DNA of 64,000 nucleotides from a virus. Shown here one piece after another: positions 9,172 through 16,524 of this stretch (positions within the stretch are counted from its first letter, which is position 1; every line of letters begins with the position of its first letter). Under the pieces are notes generated by a model. The model was not told where the DNA came from and did not search any database. It was given only the letters and a program-made list of their open reading frames with translations. The translations under genes were made by a program, and so were the position numbers. The stretch is from the IMG/VR virus record IMGVR_UViG_3300048598_000516, positions 161 to 64,160 of that record, one strand, 5' to 3'.

Positions 9172-9690
9172 TCACGCCACCTCGGCCCAGTTGTTGACCG
9201 TCGAGACAGGGACATCGAGCATCAGGGCGATGCGGCCGGCCGGCACGTCGTCCTCCAGCATGGCCCGAACGATCTCGCCGCGCACGCGGCGAGCGAGCGC
9301 GTCCTTGCTGGCGGTGTTGACGGCGAAGTCGACGGTGACGCCGAAGGACTCGCAGATCGGCGTCGCATACTGCTCGACCATTCCGATCTTGGCGCCGCGC
9401 TTGGACCCGAAAATGGCAAAGCGAGCCGAGGTGTGGTCCTTGTACCCGATCATCTTGCCGGCGGCCAAGGCGTTGATGCCCTCGCCGAATACGAGGTATC
9501 GCATCACGCGTCGGCGCACCTCCGACACGTGGGCAGAGCGATTGCCGTCGATGTCGTAAAGCTCTTCGGGAGACACGCCGTTGACACGGGCGATGCCTTC
9601 GATCATCACGCGGATGGTCGCGGGAGTCTTGGTCGTTCCGGGCCTGTGGGCGCCGGGAAACTGGATGACGTTGTCAGAAGGGGCAGGCAT
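9172..9690 (-). CDS. DnaA C-terminal-like helix-turn-helix protein
   Basis: SEVRRRVMRYL...AAGKMIGYKDHTSA resembles DnaA domain IV; second HTH at the C-terminus. Confidence 0.55.
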   Translation of the reverse strand: MPAPSDNVIQFPGAHRPGTTKTPATIRVMIEGIARVNGVSPEELYDIDGNRSAHVSEVRRRVMRYLVFGEGINALAAGKMIGYKDHTSARFAIFGSKRGAKIGMVEQYATPICESFGVTVDFAVNTASKDALARRVRGEIVRAMLEDDVPAGRIALMLDVPVSTVNNWAEVA

Positions 9691-10705
9691 TGGGGTCCTC
9701 GGGGAAGTAGAGGCCGGGATTGGCCTTGACGTTGACGCCGTCGATTCCAATGCGGCCGTCGGCGAGCGTGTATTCCATCGTCTCGCTGTCCTCGCGATAC
9801 TTCGCGTTGGCATGCGGGATGAGGTTCGGGTCGTATAGGTGAGCTTCGCACCCGGCGCGCTGCTCGTCGATCGTCAGCGGCTTCATGAACTTGGTGCATT
9901 CGACGGTCGGCAGCTGGGCGTTTTCGTCGATGCGGAAGGTGGAGTGCGCGCAGGAACGGCATGACCGGCCGGCCGGCATCTCACCCTTGTGGCAGATGTC
10001 GAGAGACCGGCAGAACTTGCAGAGGAACGCCCCCTTGTCATCCGGGTTCTCATTGAGCTTGGCGGGGGGCTCGAAGGCGACAATCGCCGCGCGGACGCGC
10101 GAAAGAGCCGTCTCCAGCACCGAGTTGTCGTCGCCCAGAACCTCGTAGTAGACACGATCGTCGTCCTTGCAGACGGCGGCATAGATCCCCGGCATCGAGT
10201 AAGCGCGCATGTACGACCGCAGCTGCAGCTCGTGCTCCGGCTTCGCCTTTCTGACCCCGTACTTCTCCAGTTTGTTGAAGTTCTTCGCGTTGTGCGACTT
10301 GGCCTCGACGACGAACGGCTGGTCGGGTGCGTGATCGAAGCCGCGCGCCACCAAGTCGAGCTTGCCGCGCACCCACCCGCCGAGCAGCCGCGCCGGGAAC
10401 TGGCGCCCGTCGCTCGCCACCGTCCACACTTCGATTCCGGCGCGGCGAAGGTCGTCGGCAATCCTGTCCTCCTCGCGCTTGCCCGTATCGAGCAGGCGAA
10501 GGATGCGGCCGTCTTTCTTCTCCAGCTTGTTCACCCAGCGGATGTCGTAGTATTTCGCGCGAATGCACTCGATATTGAGGTCGGATGCGTTTGCGCCGAG
10601 CGAGTAGTATTCCGGACCAGCGTTGGCCTCCCACGCGGAATAGACTCGGTCTCGGATCTGGTCGCCGATCGTGTTCGGCTCGCGATCATCGGGCAGCTTC
10701 GCCAT
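9674..10705 (-). CDS. PD-(D/E)XK exonuclease (Cas4/lambda-exo-like)
   Basis: GKLDLV...VVEAKSH...QLRSYM motif with Cys clusters (CKFC, CRSC). Confidence 0.8.
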   Translation of the reverse strand: MAKLPDDREPNTIGDQIRDRVYSAWEANAGPEYYSLGANASDLNIECIRAKYYDIRWVNKLEKKDGRILRLLDTGKREEDRIADDLRRAGIEVWTVASDGRQFPARLLGGWVRGKLDLVARGFDHAPDQPFVVEAKSHNAKNFNKLEKYGVRKAKPEHELQLRSYMRAYSMPGIYAAVCKDDDRVYYEVLGDDNSVLETALSRVRAAIVAFEPPAKLNENPDDKGAFLCKFCRSLDICHKGEMPAGRSCRSCAHSTFRIDENAQLPTVECTKFMKPLTIDEQRAGCEAHLYDPNLIPHANAKYREDSETMEYTLADGRIGIDGVNVKANPGLYFPEDPNACPF

Positions 10706-11094
10706 CAGATCAGCCCCCTCACCTTCTCGGCAAGCGCCAGAATCTGATCGTCGGATCCGCTGCGGCAGACAGCCGACATGGCGCGCTCCGCCGAGTGGAT
10801 CGCTTCTTTGGCCTCGAATACCTTTCGACGATGAGCGAATTCGGCGCGGCGCACCGGCGTCGCGAGCATCGCCGTCTTGTGCCCCCAGCGATACTCACGT
10901 GACGACCAGCTCAGCATGTCAGCGACATAGCGTCCATCTTCGTCGCGGCGCGCGTCGTGGCAGAGCGGTGTGAACTGATAGGACATGTCGCCGAGCTTCA
11001 CCCGTCCCGTCTTGTGGACCTTGGTGACTGCGATGATGATGTTGTTGTCGAGTATGTACTCGTCGCCGACCTTGATATTGAACTCGATATTCAT
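10705..11094 (-). CDS. hypothetical protein
   Basis: MNIEFNIKVGDEY... ORF coupled to neighbours. Confidence 0.6.
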   Translation of the reverse strand: MNIEFNIKVGDEYILDNNIIIAVTKVHKTGRVKLGDMSYQFTPLCHDARRDEDGRYVADMLSWSSREYRWGHKTAMLATPVRRAEFAHRRKVFEAKEAIHSAERAMSAVCRSGSDDQILALAEKVRGLI

Positions 11095-11678
11095 GCTGCC
11101 CTCTTGATGGCTTCTTCGATTTCGGATTGTTCGGACGGGAAATGGTCGAGCTGGTTTCCCCACGCCTCCCACCCGAACCGACGCTGCCGGCAGAACATCT
11201 CCAGCTTGCGGAACTCTGGGTGCGGATAGGTCTTGTTGATCCAATCGATCGCTGCTTCCGGCTTGCGGCTGTGCTCGCGTCTCTTCTCCGACAGGACAGA
11301 GGCGATGCGCTCTGGAGGAGCCGGGCACTTCGGCTTCCCTCTTGTTCCGATCAACAGCAGCTCGTGCTGATTTCGAGCCCAGTACCCCGTGCCAACGCGG
11401 CGCTTGTCCCAGATGAAATGAGACTTGTACTTGAAGCCCCATCTTTCCATTACGCCGAGTTGCTGTGGGAGCAGCGGCGCCGTCGCCCACAGGAAGAGGA
11501 CGCAATTCTTTGCTGCCGAATTGGCAACAGGCATCGCGGAGATTTGCTCGATCGGAGAGCACGCGTAGTGCTTGTCGGCGGACTTGTCCTTGCCCTTCTC
11601 GCTGAACGTCTTGAACGTCCAGTTAGGATCGGCGTAAAGCACGTCGAACTTACCTTCGGGCAAGGGCTCGAATTCCAT
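11091..11678 (-). CDS. MT-A70 family adenine methyltransferase
   Basis: FDVLYADPNW, CVLFLWAT, WGFKYKSHFIWDK, HELLLIGTRG, REHSRKP, KLEMFCR, GWEAWGNQ. Confidence 0.88.
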   Translation of the reverse strand: MEFEPLPEGKFDVLYADPNWTFKTFSEKGKDKSADKHYACSPIEQISAMPVANSAAKNCVLFLWATAPLLPQQLGVMERWGFKYKSHFIWDKRRVGTGYWARNQHELLLIGTRGKPKCPAPPERIASVLSEKRREHSRKPEAAIDWINKTYPHPEFRKLEMFCRQRRFGWEAWGNQLDHFPSEQSEIEEAIKRAA

Positions 11679-11817
11679 GCCTGTCTCCTGAAATTGGCAC
11701 CAGATGTCCGGCGAACTGGAAACGTTGCTTGGACACCGGGTGCCACCAGTGCGTCGAGCGGCTGCAGGGCGCGGTGATTGCTGCCAATATGGCAGATTGC
11801 GAATTCTCGGTCAACAG

Positions 11818-11844
11818 AAAAGGCCCGCCGAAAGACGGGCCTTT
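11818..11844 (-). terminator. intrinsic terminator
   Basis: AAAAGGCCCG-N-CGGGCCTTT hairpin with a U tract on the minus strand. Confidence 0.75.
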
Positions 11845-11867
11845 CCATATTGGCAGCATTCTTGGCG

Positions 11868-12230
11868 TCAGGCCAGAACGCCGGGGAACTTCGGCGGAGT
11901 GAGCAGCCGCTGGATCGCCGCCGTGTCGATGCCGAGGCTCCCGTCGCTGCGGCGCCCGGCGAGGCCGCGCTTGATGAAGGCGACGATCTGCTCGGCCTTG
12001 GCGCGCTTGAACGATATCTTGCGCCACCCCTTCGTCGGGTGCTTGACGTAGGTGTCGGTCGACCCGCGCGCGCTCGACATGTTGTTGATGTGCTCGTTCT
12101 CCGCATCGATCGGGGACACGTATCCGTCCACACGGTTCGACTTGTAGGTGCTGGAGTTGCGCGCCCGCGCGCTGGTCGGCTGTCGGCCCCAGATCGAGGC
12201 GATCAGGGCGGCTTGGGATTTCTGACTCAT
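11868..12230 (-). CDS. basic hypothetical protein
   Basis: MSQKSQAALIASIWGR... ORF ending just before the terminator. Confidence 0.55.
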   Translation of the reverse strand: MSQKSQAALIASIWGRQPTSARARNSSTYKSNRVDGYVSPIDAENEHINNMSSARGSTDTYVKHPTKGWRKISFKRAKAEQIVAFIKRGLAGRRSDGSLGIDTAAIQRLLTPPKFPGVLA

Positions 12231-12466
12231 CGCAGGTACTCCGTCTTGATGGCGAACATGGCGCCGGTGGTGAAGTCGTGCTTGGTGATACGGCCGGCCT
12301 CGACGCCTTCGACGAGGAGTTGGCGGATGACGCCGGTCGGATCCCCCGGGTGGTCCATCAGCGATGTGATCTCTTCGATCGGGAAGATCCCGCGAGTGGA
12401 GTAGATGATCTGCTCGGCGACGGCGCGGGCGCGCGCCGTCTCCTCGGCCGAGATGGCGTTGATCAA
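12227..12466 (-). CDS. hypothetical protein
   Basis: 79 aa ORF overlapping both neighbours by 4 nt. Confidence 0.5.
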   Translation of the reverse strand: MINAISAEETARARAVAEQIIYSTRGIFPIEEITSLMDHPGDPTGVIRQLLVEGVEAGRITKHDFTTGAMFAIKTEYLR

Positions 12467-13020
12467 GGGCGCCAGCCCGTCGATCGGACGCCGGACTTGA
12501 AGACCGCCTGAACCAGAGAGCGGCCCTCGGCGGTCGCGTCGTGCAGGGCGTGGTGCGGGAACTCATCGCCTTCGAAGGTGATGTCGAAGCCGAGCAGGTC
12601 GCGGGCCGTGCGGATGTCTCGGATGTCGCGGAAGCTCCACGGGACGGGGCGCTCGACTTCGGCGAACATGTCTTCGAGGATATCGACGTCGAACGTCGGC
12701 CCGTGCCCCCAGATCGTGAACTCGTCGCCGAACGGCTGCAGGAAGTTGATGATCTTGTCGGCCGCTTCGTCCATGCCGATCTGGTTGTCGCCTTCGAACG
12801 CTGCCTCGTAGGCACGCTGGTCCTGCTGGCCCCACCACTCCATCGTGCCGGAGTCGACATCTCGGTTGGACTGATCATCGCCGTGAAGGGCGATGTAGAT
12901 GGTCTTCGGAGCATCGAACGGATGGTCGAGATCGAAGGCCGCGATCCCGATCGTCAGGATGCCGGCGTTGGCATTGGTCGCGACGGTCTCCAGATCGGCG
13001 ACGGCGAGGTATCGCTTCAT
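12463..13020 (-). CDS. DEDDh 3'-5' exonuclease (Rv2179c/DUF5051-like)
   Basis: ADLET, WWGQQ, IWGHGPTFDVDIL, PWSFRDIRDIRT, HHALHDA. Confidence 0.85.
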   Translation of the reverse strand: MKRYLAVADLETVATNANAGILTIGIAAFDLDHPFDAPKTIYIALHGDDQSNRDVDSGTMEWWGQQDQRAYEAAFEGDNQIGMDEAADKIINFLQPFGDEFTIWGHGPTFDVDILEDMFAEVERPVPWSFRDIRDIRTARDLLGFDITFEGDEFPHHALHDATAEGRSLVQAVFKSGVRSTGWRP

Positions 13021-13373
13021 CGATGGTCTCCATTCCCATGAATGACGCCACGATCCTTGCGGTCGTAGGTCTTGCGGATGTTGAATGACGCAACCTCTCC
13101 AAGATTGAGGCCGCAGTCGGCTGCGAGTTGGGCGAGGTACCAGAGCACGTCGCCAAGCTCTCCTTTGATCAGTTCGCGTCGCTCGTCCGTCAGGACGTCG
13201 TTGTCATCGCGAACCATCTTCTTGATCTTCCCGAGCACCTCGCCGGCTTCTTCGGCGAGGCCCAGAGCCGGGTACAGGATCGGGTACTTCCCGGTGCTCG
13301 GAGTCCGGGTGTAGTGGGTGGCGGACTGATAAGCCGCCACCCCGTCCTCGATCCCCGTGAGGTCGACTGTCAT
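13017..13373 (-). CDS. MazG-like NTP pyrophosphohydrolase
   Basis: LGLAEEAGEV...KGELGDVLWYLAQLA (ExxE...ExxD). Confidence 0.88.
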   Translation of the reverse strand: MTVDLTGIEDGVAAYQSATHYTRTPSTGKYPILYPALGLAEEAGEVLGKIKKMVRDDNDVLTDERRELIKGELGDVLWYLAQLAADCGLNLGEVASFNIRKTYDRKDRGVIHGNGDHR

Positions 13374-13897
13374 CGGACTTCGGCCGGAAGGCGCTCGAAC
13401 GTGGTTCCGATGATCTCCTCGACCTCGGACAGGATCTCCTCGACCGCGCCGCCGAGAGCCGTGCGGAACATGCGACTGGAGCATCCGTGCTCGTCGCGAA
13501 CGTCCTGCAGCTCCGTGACGACCTCCTCGATGTTGCGCAGCGCATCGAAGGCCTGACCGGCAGCGGCGTTCGTCGCTTCGCAGGCGGTGACGAGGGTGTC
13601 CGAGCGGCCGGCGGCGAGGAGAAGGGCGCGAATGGCGTCGCGCAGCGGGAGGTAGCCACCGTCTTCCGGATCGAAATACTTCGTGCCGACGATGAGCTGC
13701 ATCGCAGCGTAGGCGTCGGCGACCGCACCACGCATGATCTGGTCGAAGGCTTCGGCATACGAGCAGCCGTCCGACGAGGCCTTTTCTGCCGCGTAGGCAG
13801 CGGCGTTTCGGATCGCCGTGTTGAAGGCGGACTCCATCTCCTGTTCGGGAGTCGTGGCGGAGACGCGGACCTCGGGGGTGATCGTGATGACGTTCAT
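13370..13897 (-). CDS. hypothetical helical protein
   Basis: MNVITITPEVRVS... ORF with an RBS-like purine tract; coupled to the mazG-like gene. Confidence 0.6.
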   Translation of the reverse strand: MNVITITPEVRVSATTPEQEMESAFNTAIRNAAAYAAEKASSDGCSYAEAFDQIMRGAVADAYAAMQLIVGTKYFDPEDGGYLPLRDAIRALLLAAGRSDTLVTACEATNAAAGQAFDALRNIEEVVTELQDVRDEHGCSSRMFRTALGGAVEEILSEVEEIIGTTFERLPAEVR

Positions 13898-13922
13898 CTC
13901 GGTATTCCTTCCTGCCACTCGG

Positions 13923-13965
13923 GCATGCATCTGGAGTTGCCGAAATGGCAACTCCAGATGCATGC
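13923..13965. repeat. perfect 19-bp inverted repeat with 5-nt loop
   Basis: GCATGCATCTGGAGTTGCC-GAAAT-GGCAACTCCAGATGCATGC, directly downstream of the ssb stop. Confidence 0.9.
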
Positions 13966-13970
13966 GAAGA

Positions 13971-14717
13971 TCAGCGCTCCCACGGCATCGAGCCGGACGG
14001 AGTCGGGGGCGGATAGATCTGGCCGGCCGGCGGCGGCTGGAAGCCCTGCGGAGGGGCGCCCGGCGGCTGGAAGGTCTGCGGCGGAGCCATCGGCGGAGTG
14101 TAAGCCGCGCCAGCCTGCTGAGCCGCCTGCTGAACGGACTGCTGCGGAGGCGGCTGGAAGGCCTGCGGCGGAGCGTAGGCCTGCTGCTGATAGGTCTGCG
14201 GCGGCTGGTGCGAAGACGCCGGATGGTTCGGATGGACCTGCGGGGCCTGACCGCCTCCGCTGGCAGCGAGGAACTCCGCCAGCCCCTTGCCGTGCAGAGC
14301 GCCGCGAACGCGGGTGCGCTCGGAGAACATGCCGCCGGCCGGGTTCGGAGACGCGGGCTCGACATCGTGGCGGGCGTAGAACGGCTTGTAGTGGACCTCG
14401 TTGGTGTCCATCGTGCCCGCGATTCCGATGGCCGCGCAGAGGTCGGACCACTCGCGCTTGCCGATCGCCTCGACCTTCGGATTGGTGTGCTGGTAGTTGA
14501 TCGACCAGAAGACCCGCGACCCGACGTAGTCGCCAGCGATGACTTCGAGCGTCAGGCCGATGACATAGCCCTTTCCGGACTTGGCGGGCTTGCCGTCGGA
14601 CTCGACGACCTGAAAGTGGCTCACGCCGGGCGGGAGGAGCGTCGCTCCGCCGGTCGCCGAGCCGTCGCCGGGCTTGTGTACGTTGGTGTCGTGATAGCCA
14701 CCGGGAAGTGCAGCCAT
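13971..14717 (-). CDS. ssDNA-binding protein (DUF669-like) with Pro/Gln-rich tail
   Basis: LLPPG...KPAKSGKGYVIGLTLEVIAGDYVGSRVFWSIN OB-fold pattern; tail ends PWER; next to the Sak4-like gene. Confidence 0.75.
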   Translation of the reverse strand: MAALPGGYHDTNVHKPGDGSATGGATLLPPGVSHFQVVESDGKPAKSGKGYVIGLTLEVIAGDYVGSRVFWSINYQHTNPKVEAIGKREWSDLCAAIGIAGTMDTNEVHYKPFYARHDVEPASPNPAGGMFSERTRVRGALHGKGLAEFLAASGGGQAPQVHPNHPASSHQPPQTYQQQAYAPPQAFQPPPQQSVQQAAQQAGAAYTPPMAPPQTFQPPGAPPQGFQPPPAGQIYPPPTPSGSMPWER

Positions 14718-14719
14718 GA

Positions 14720-14908
14720 TCAGATCTCCGGCTTGAAGCCCTTGAGGGCGAGGAAGTTGACGACGCGCTGGATGTCGGCGCGGCGGATGTAGATGTTGCA
14801 GCCCATCGAATCCTGCCCGCTGATGGCGAGATCGCCGTCGGCGTCGATGCGGATCTCGAACTCTTCGAAGTTCGCGGCGTCGGTGACGGTGATGATTTCA
14901 TCATTCAT
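14720..14908 (-). CDS. hypothetical protein
   Basis: MNDEIITVTDAANFEEFEIRID... small ORF between ssb and the ATPase. Confidence 0.55.
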   Translation of the reverse strand: MNDEIITVTDAANFEEFEIRIDADGDLAISGQDSMGCNIYIRRADIQRVVNFLALKGFKPEI

Positions 14909-14919
14909 CGGCATGTCGG

Positions 14920-15681
14920 TCACCGTGCCATGGGGGTCTTGTCGAGGAGGAACTTCGCCGTGCCGCCCGGGACGAGCGGCGTGTAGGCGCCGAGGCCGTA
15001 TCGGTTCTTGGCGACGTAGGCGGGGCGCTCTTCGAAGAAGAGGAGGCGCGTGCCGCCGCCCTCGGCGTGCGAGACCTGCTTGTTGAAGCCGACGTCGGTC
15101 TTCTTCAACTCGACGTGGTAGTTCGCGAAGGCGACGATGTCGGCATCGTCGATCAGCACCGGCATCGAGCGCTTGTGCAGCTTCGGCTGATAGCGCGCAT
15201 AGGGTTCGAGACCCGGCGGCTGGAACGTGACGATCTCGGAATGACCGAGATAGACGATGTTCATCTTGCGCGACTTGCGCAAGGAGTTGAGCCAGTGGAG
15301 CAGGTTGCGCCACTTGGTCTCGGCCTCGACGTAGCCCTTGCCGTAGCCGGGGTCCTCGATCGACCGCCAGTTGTTGTCGGCGCAGACGGAGGCGAAGATG
15401 ATCGGCTCCAGCGCATCGATGGTGTCGATCACCAGCGTCTTGAACGGGTGATCGCCGGTGGCGAGCGTGGTGATGGCGTCGGTCACGTCCTTGTAGGTGG
15501 TGACCGGCGGGAACGCCTTGATCTCCTTGCCGTAGGGCGTGCCCTCTTCGGTCTGGAGGAAGACGGGGGCGGGCATCTCGGAAGCGAGGCTCGTCTTGCC
15601 GATGCCCTGCGTTCCGTAGAGCACGATGCGCGGCGGCATGTCGGCCTGAACCGAGGTGATGGAAGAGAGGTCGAAAGCCAT
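14920..15681 (-). CDS. Sak4-like AAA ATPase recombinase
   Basis: PRIVLYGTQGIGKT (Walker A), LQTEEG, TLVIDTID (Walker B), YVAKNRY. Confidence 0.85.
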   Translation of the reverse strand: MAFDLSSITSVQADMPPRIVLYGTQGIGKTSLASEMPAPVFLQTEEGTPYGKEIKAFPPVTTYKDVTDAITTLATGDHPFKTLVIDTIDALEPIIFASVCADNNWRSIEDPGYGKGYVEAETKWRNLLHWLNSLRKSRKMNIVYLGHSEIVTFQPPGLEPYARYQPKLHKRSMPVLIDDADIVAFANYHVELKKTDVGFNKQVSHAEGGGTRLLFFEERPAYVAKNRYGLGAYTPLVPGGTAKFLLDKTPMAR

Positions 15682-15834
15682 TCGTTAACTTTCTTGCGAC
15701 TCGTGGTTGCCAAGATGACAAATTTGATGTAGACCATGATTCGTCATCGGGGCCAACCGGATCTGTCCGTTTGGCAGCATGCAAACTGCCAGACGCGCAG
15801 CTCACCGTCAAGCGTAAACAGGAGAAAAAACGTC

Positions 15835-16446
15835 ATGGCCAAAATGCCCAATCGTATCAGAGAGATACGCGAGATGCGCAAGATGTCTCAGCGCGATCTC
15901 GCGAAGCTGGTCGGCTGCACCGATGGCAGCATCAGCCGCCTTGAGGCCGGCGAGCGCCGACTCACGAGCGATTGGATGAGCAAGATCGCCGATGCCTTGC
16001 GCGTTCGTCCTGCCGAACTGTTCGCAGAGAATCCTTCCGACGAGGTCGGGACGCAGCGCATGATCAAGGTTCTCGGAGAGGCGTCGGAGCGGACGTGGTC
16101 CGAGGGCGAGGAGTCCCCGCAGGTCGCTTTCGTTCCGGTGCTGCCGTTCGGGCGATACCGCAACTACAACCACTTCGCCTATCAGGTCCTCGATGACCAC
16201 GCCCGCATCGTCGCGCCGCGCGGCTCGTTCGTGATCGTCGTGCCGCCGGCCGCCATGCGGGCCGCGCCGCAGGACGGAGGCTTCGTCGTGATCACCGAAC
16301 GCAAGGGCGAATTCTATCGGCATGTCGTCCGGTCGGTTGTTCTGCGCGGTGGCGTTGCCTGCGCCGTGGTCGGAGACGAGCCGGTCGAGATCTCGTCTCT
16401 TGAGGTCGATGGGTTCGTCGTCGGCGTGTGGAGAGAGTTTGCGTGA
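15835..16446 (+). CDS. XRE-family HTH repressor with degenerate S24-like C-terminal domain
   Basis: NRIREIREMRKMSQRDLAKLVGCTDGSISRLEAGER HTH; divergent from the left early operon. Confidence 0.8.
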   Translation: MAKMPNRIREIREMRKMSQRDLAKLVGCTDGSISRLEAGERRLTSDWMSKIADALRVRPAELFAENPSDEVGTQRMIKVLGEASERTWSEGEESPQVAFVPVLPFGRYRNYNHFAYQVLDDHARIVAPRGSFVIVVPPAAMRAAPQDGGFVVITERKGEFYRHVVRSVVLRGGVACAVVGDEPVEISSLEVDGFVVGVWREFA

Positions 16447-16460
16447 TCGGCAAGTGATGA

Positions 16461-16509
16461 TTGACAGAATGGGAACATGCAAATAAGTTACGAAGTCTAT
16501 TCGTAACTT
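16461..16509 (+). promoter_or_regulatory. sigma70-like promoter of the primase gene with overlapping 10-bp inverted repeat
   Basis: TTGACA-N17-TAAGTT; AAGTTACGAA-N5-TTCGTAACTT at 16485-16509. Confidence 0.65.
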
Positions 16510-16524
16510 CTGAGGTTCCCATAG

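Noticed and set aside
8987-9175. 62 aa hydrophobic ORF
   Set aside because: It overlaps the promoter/operator region of the ligase gene and has a weak start; coding status unsupported.
9674-10705. Cas4-like exonuclease as the adaptation module for the mini-array
   Set aside because: It lies in the Sak4/SSB recombination operon, about 12 kb away; no Cas1/Cas2 in the window.
13923-13965. Protelomerase (telRL-like) target
   Set aside because: No protelomerase gene; the recombinase is a standard integrase and a cos is predicted.
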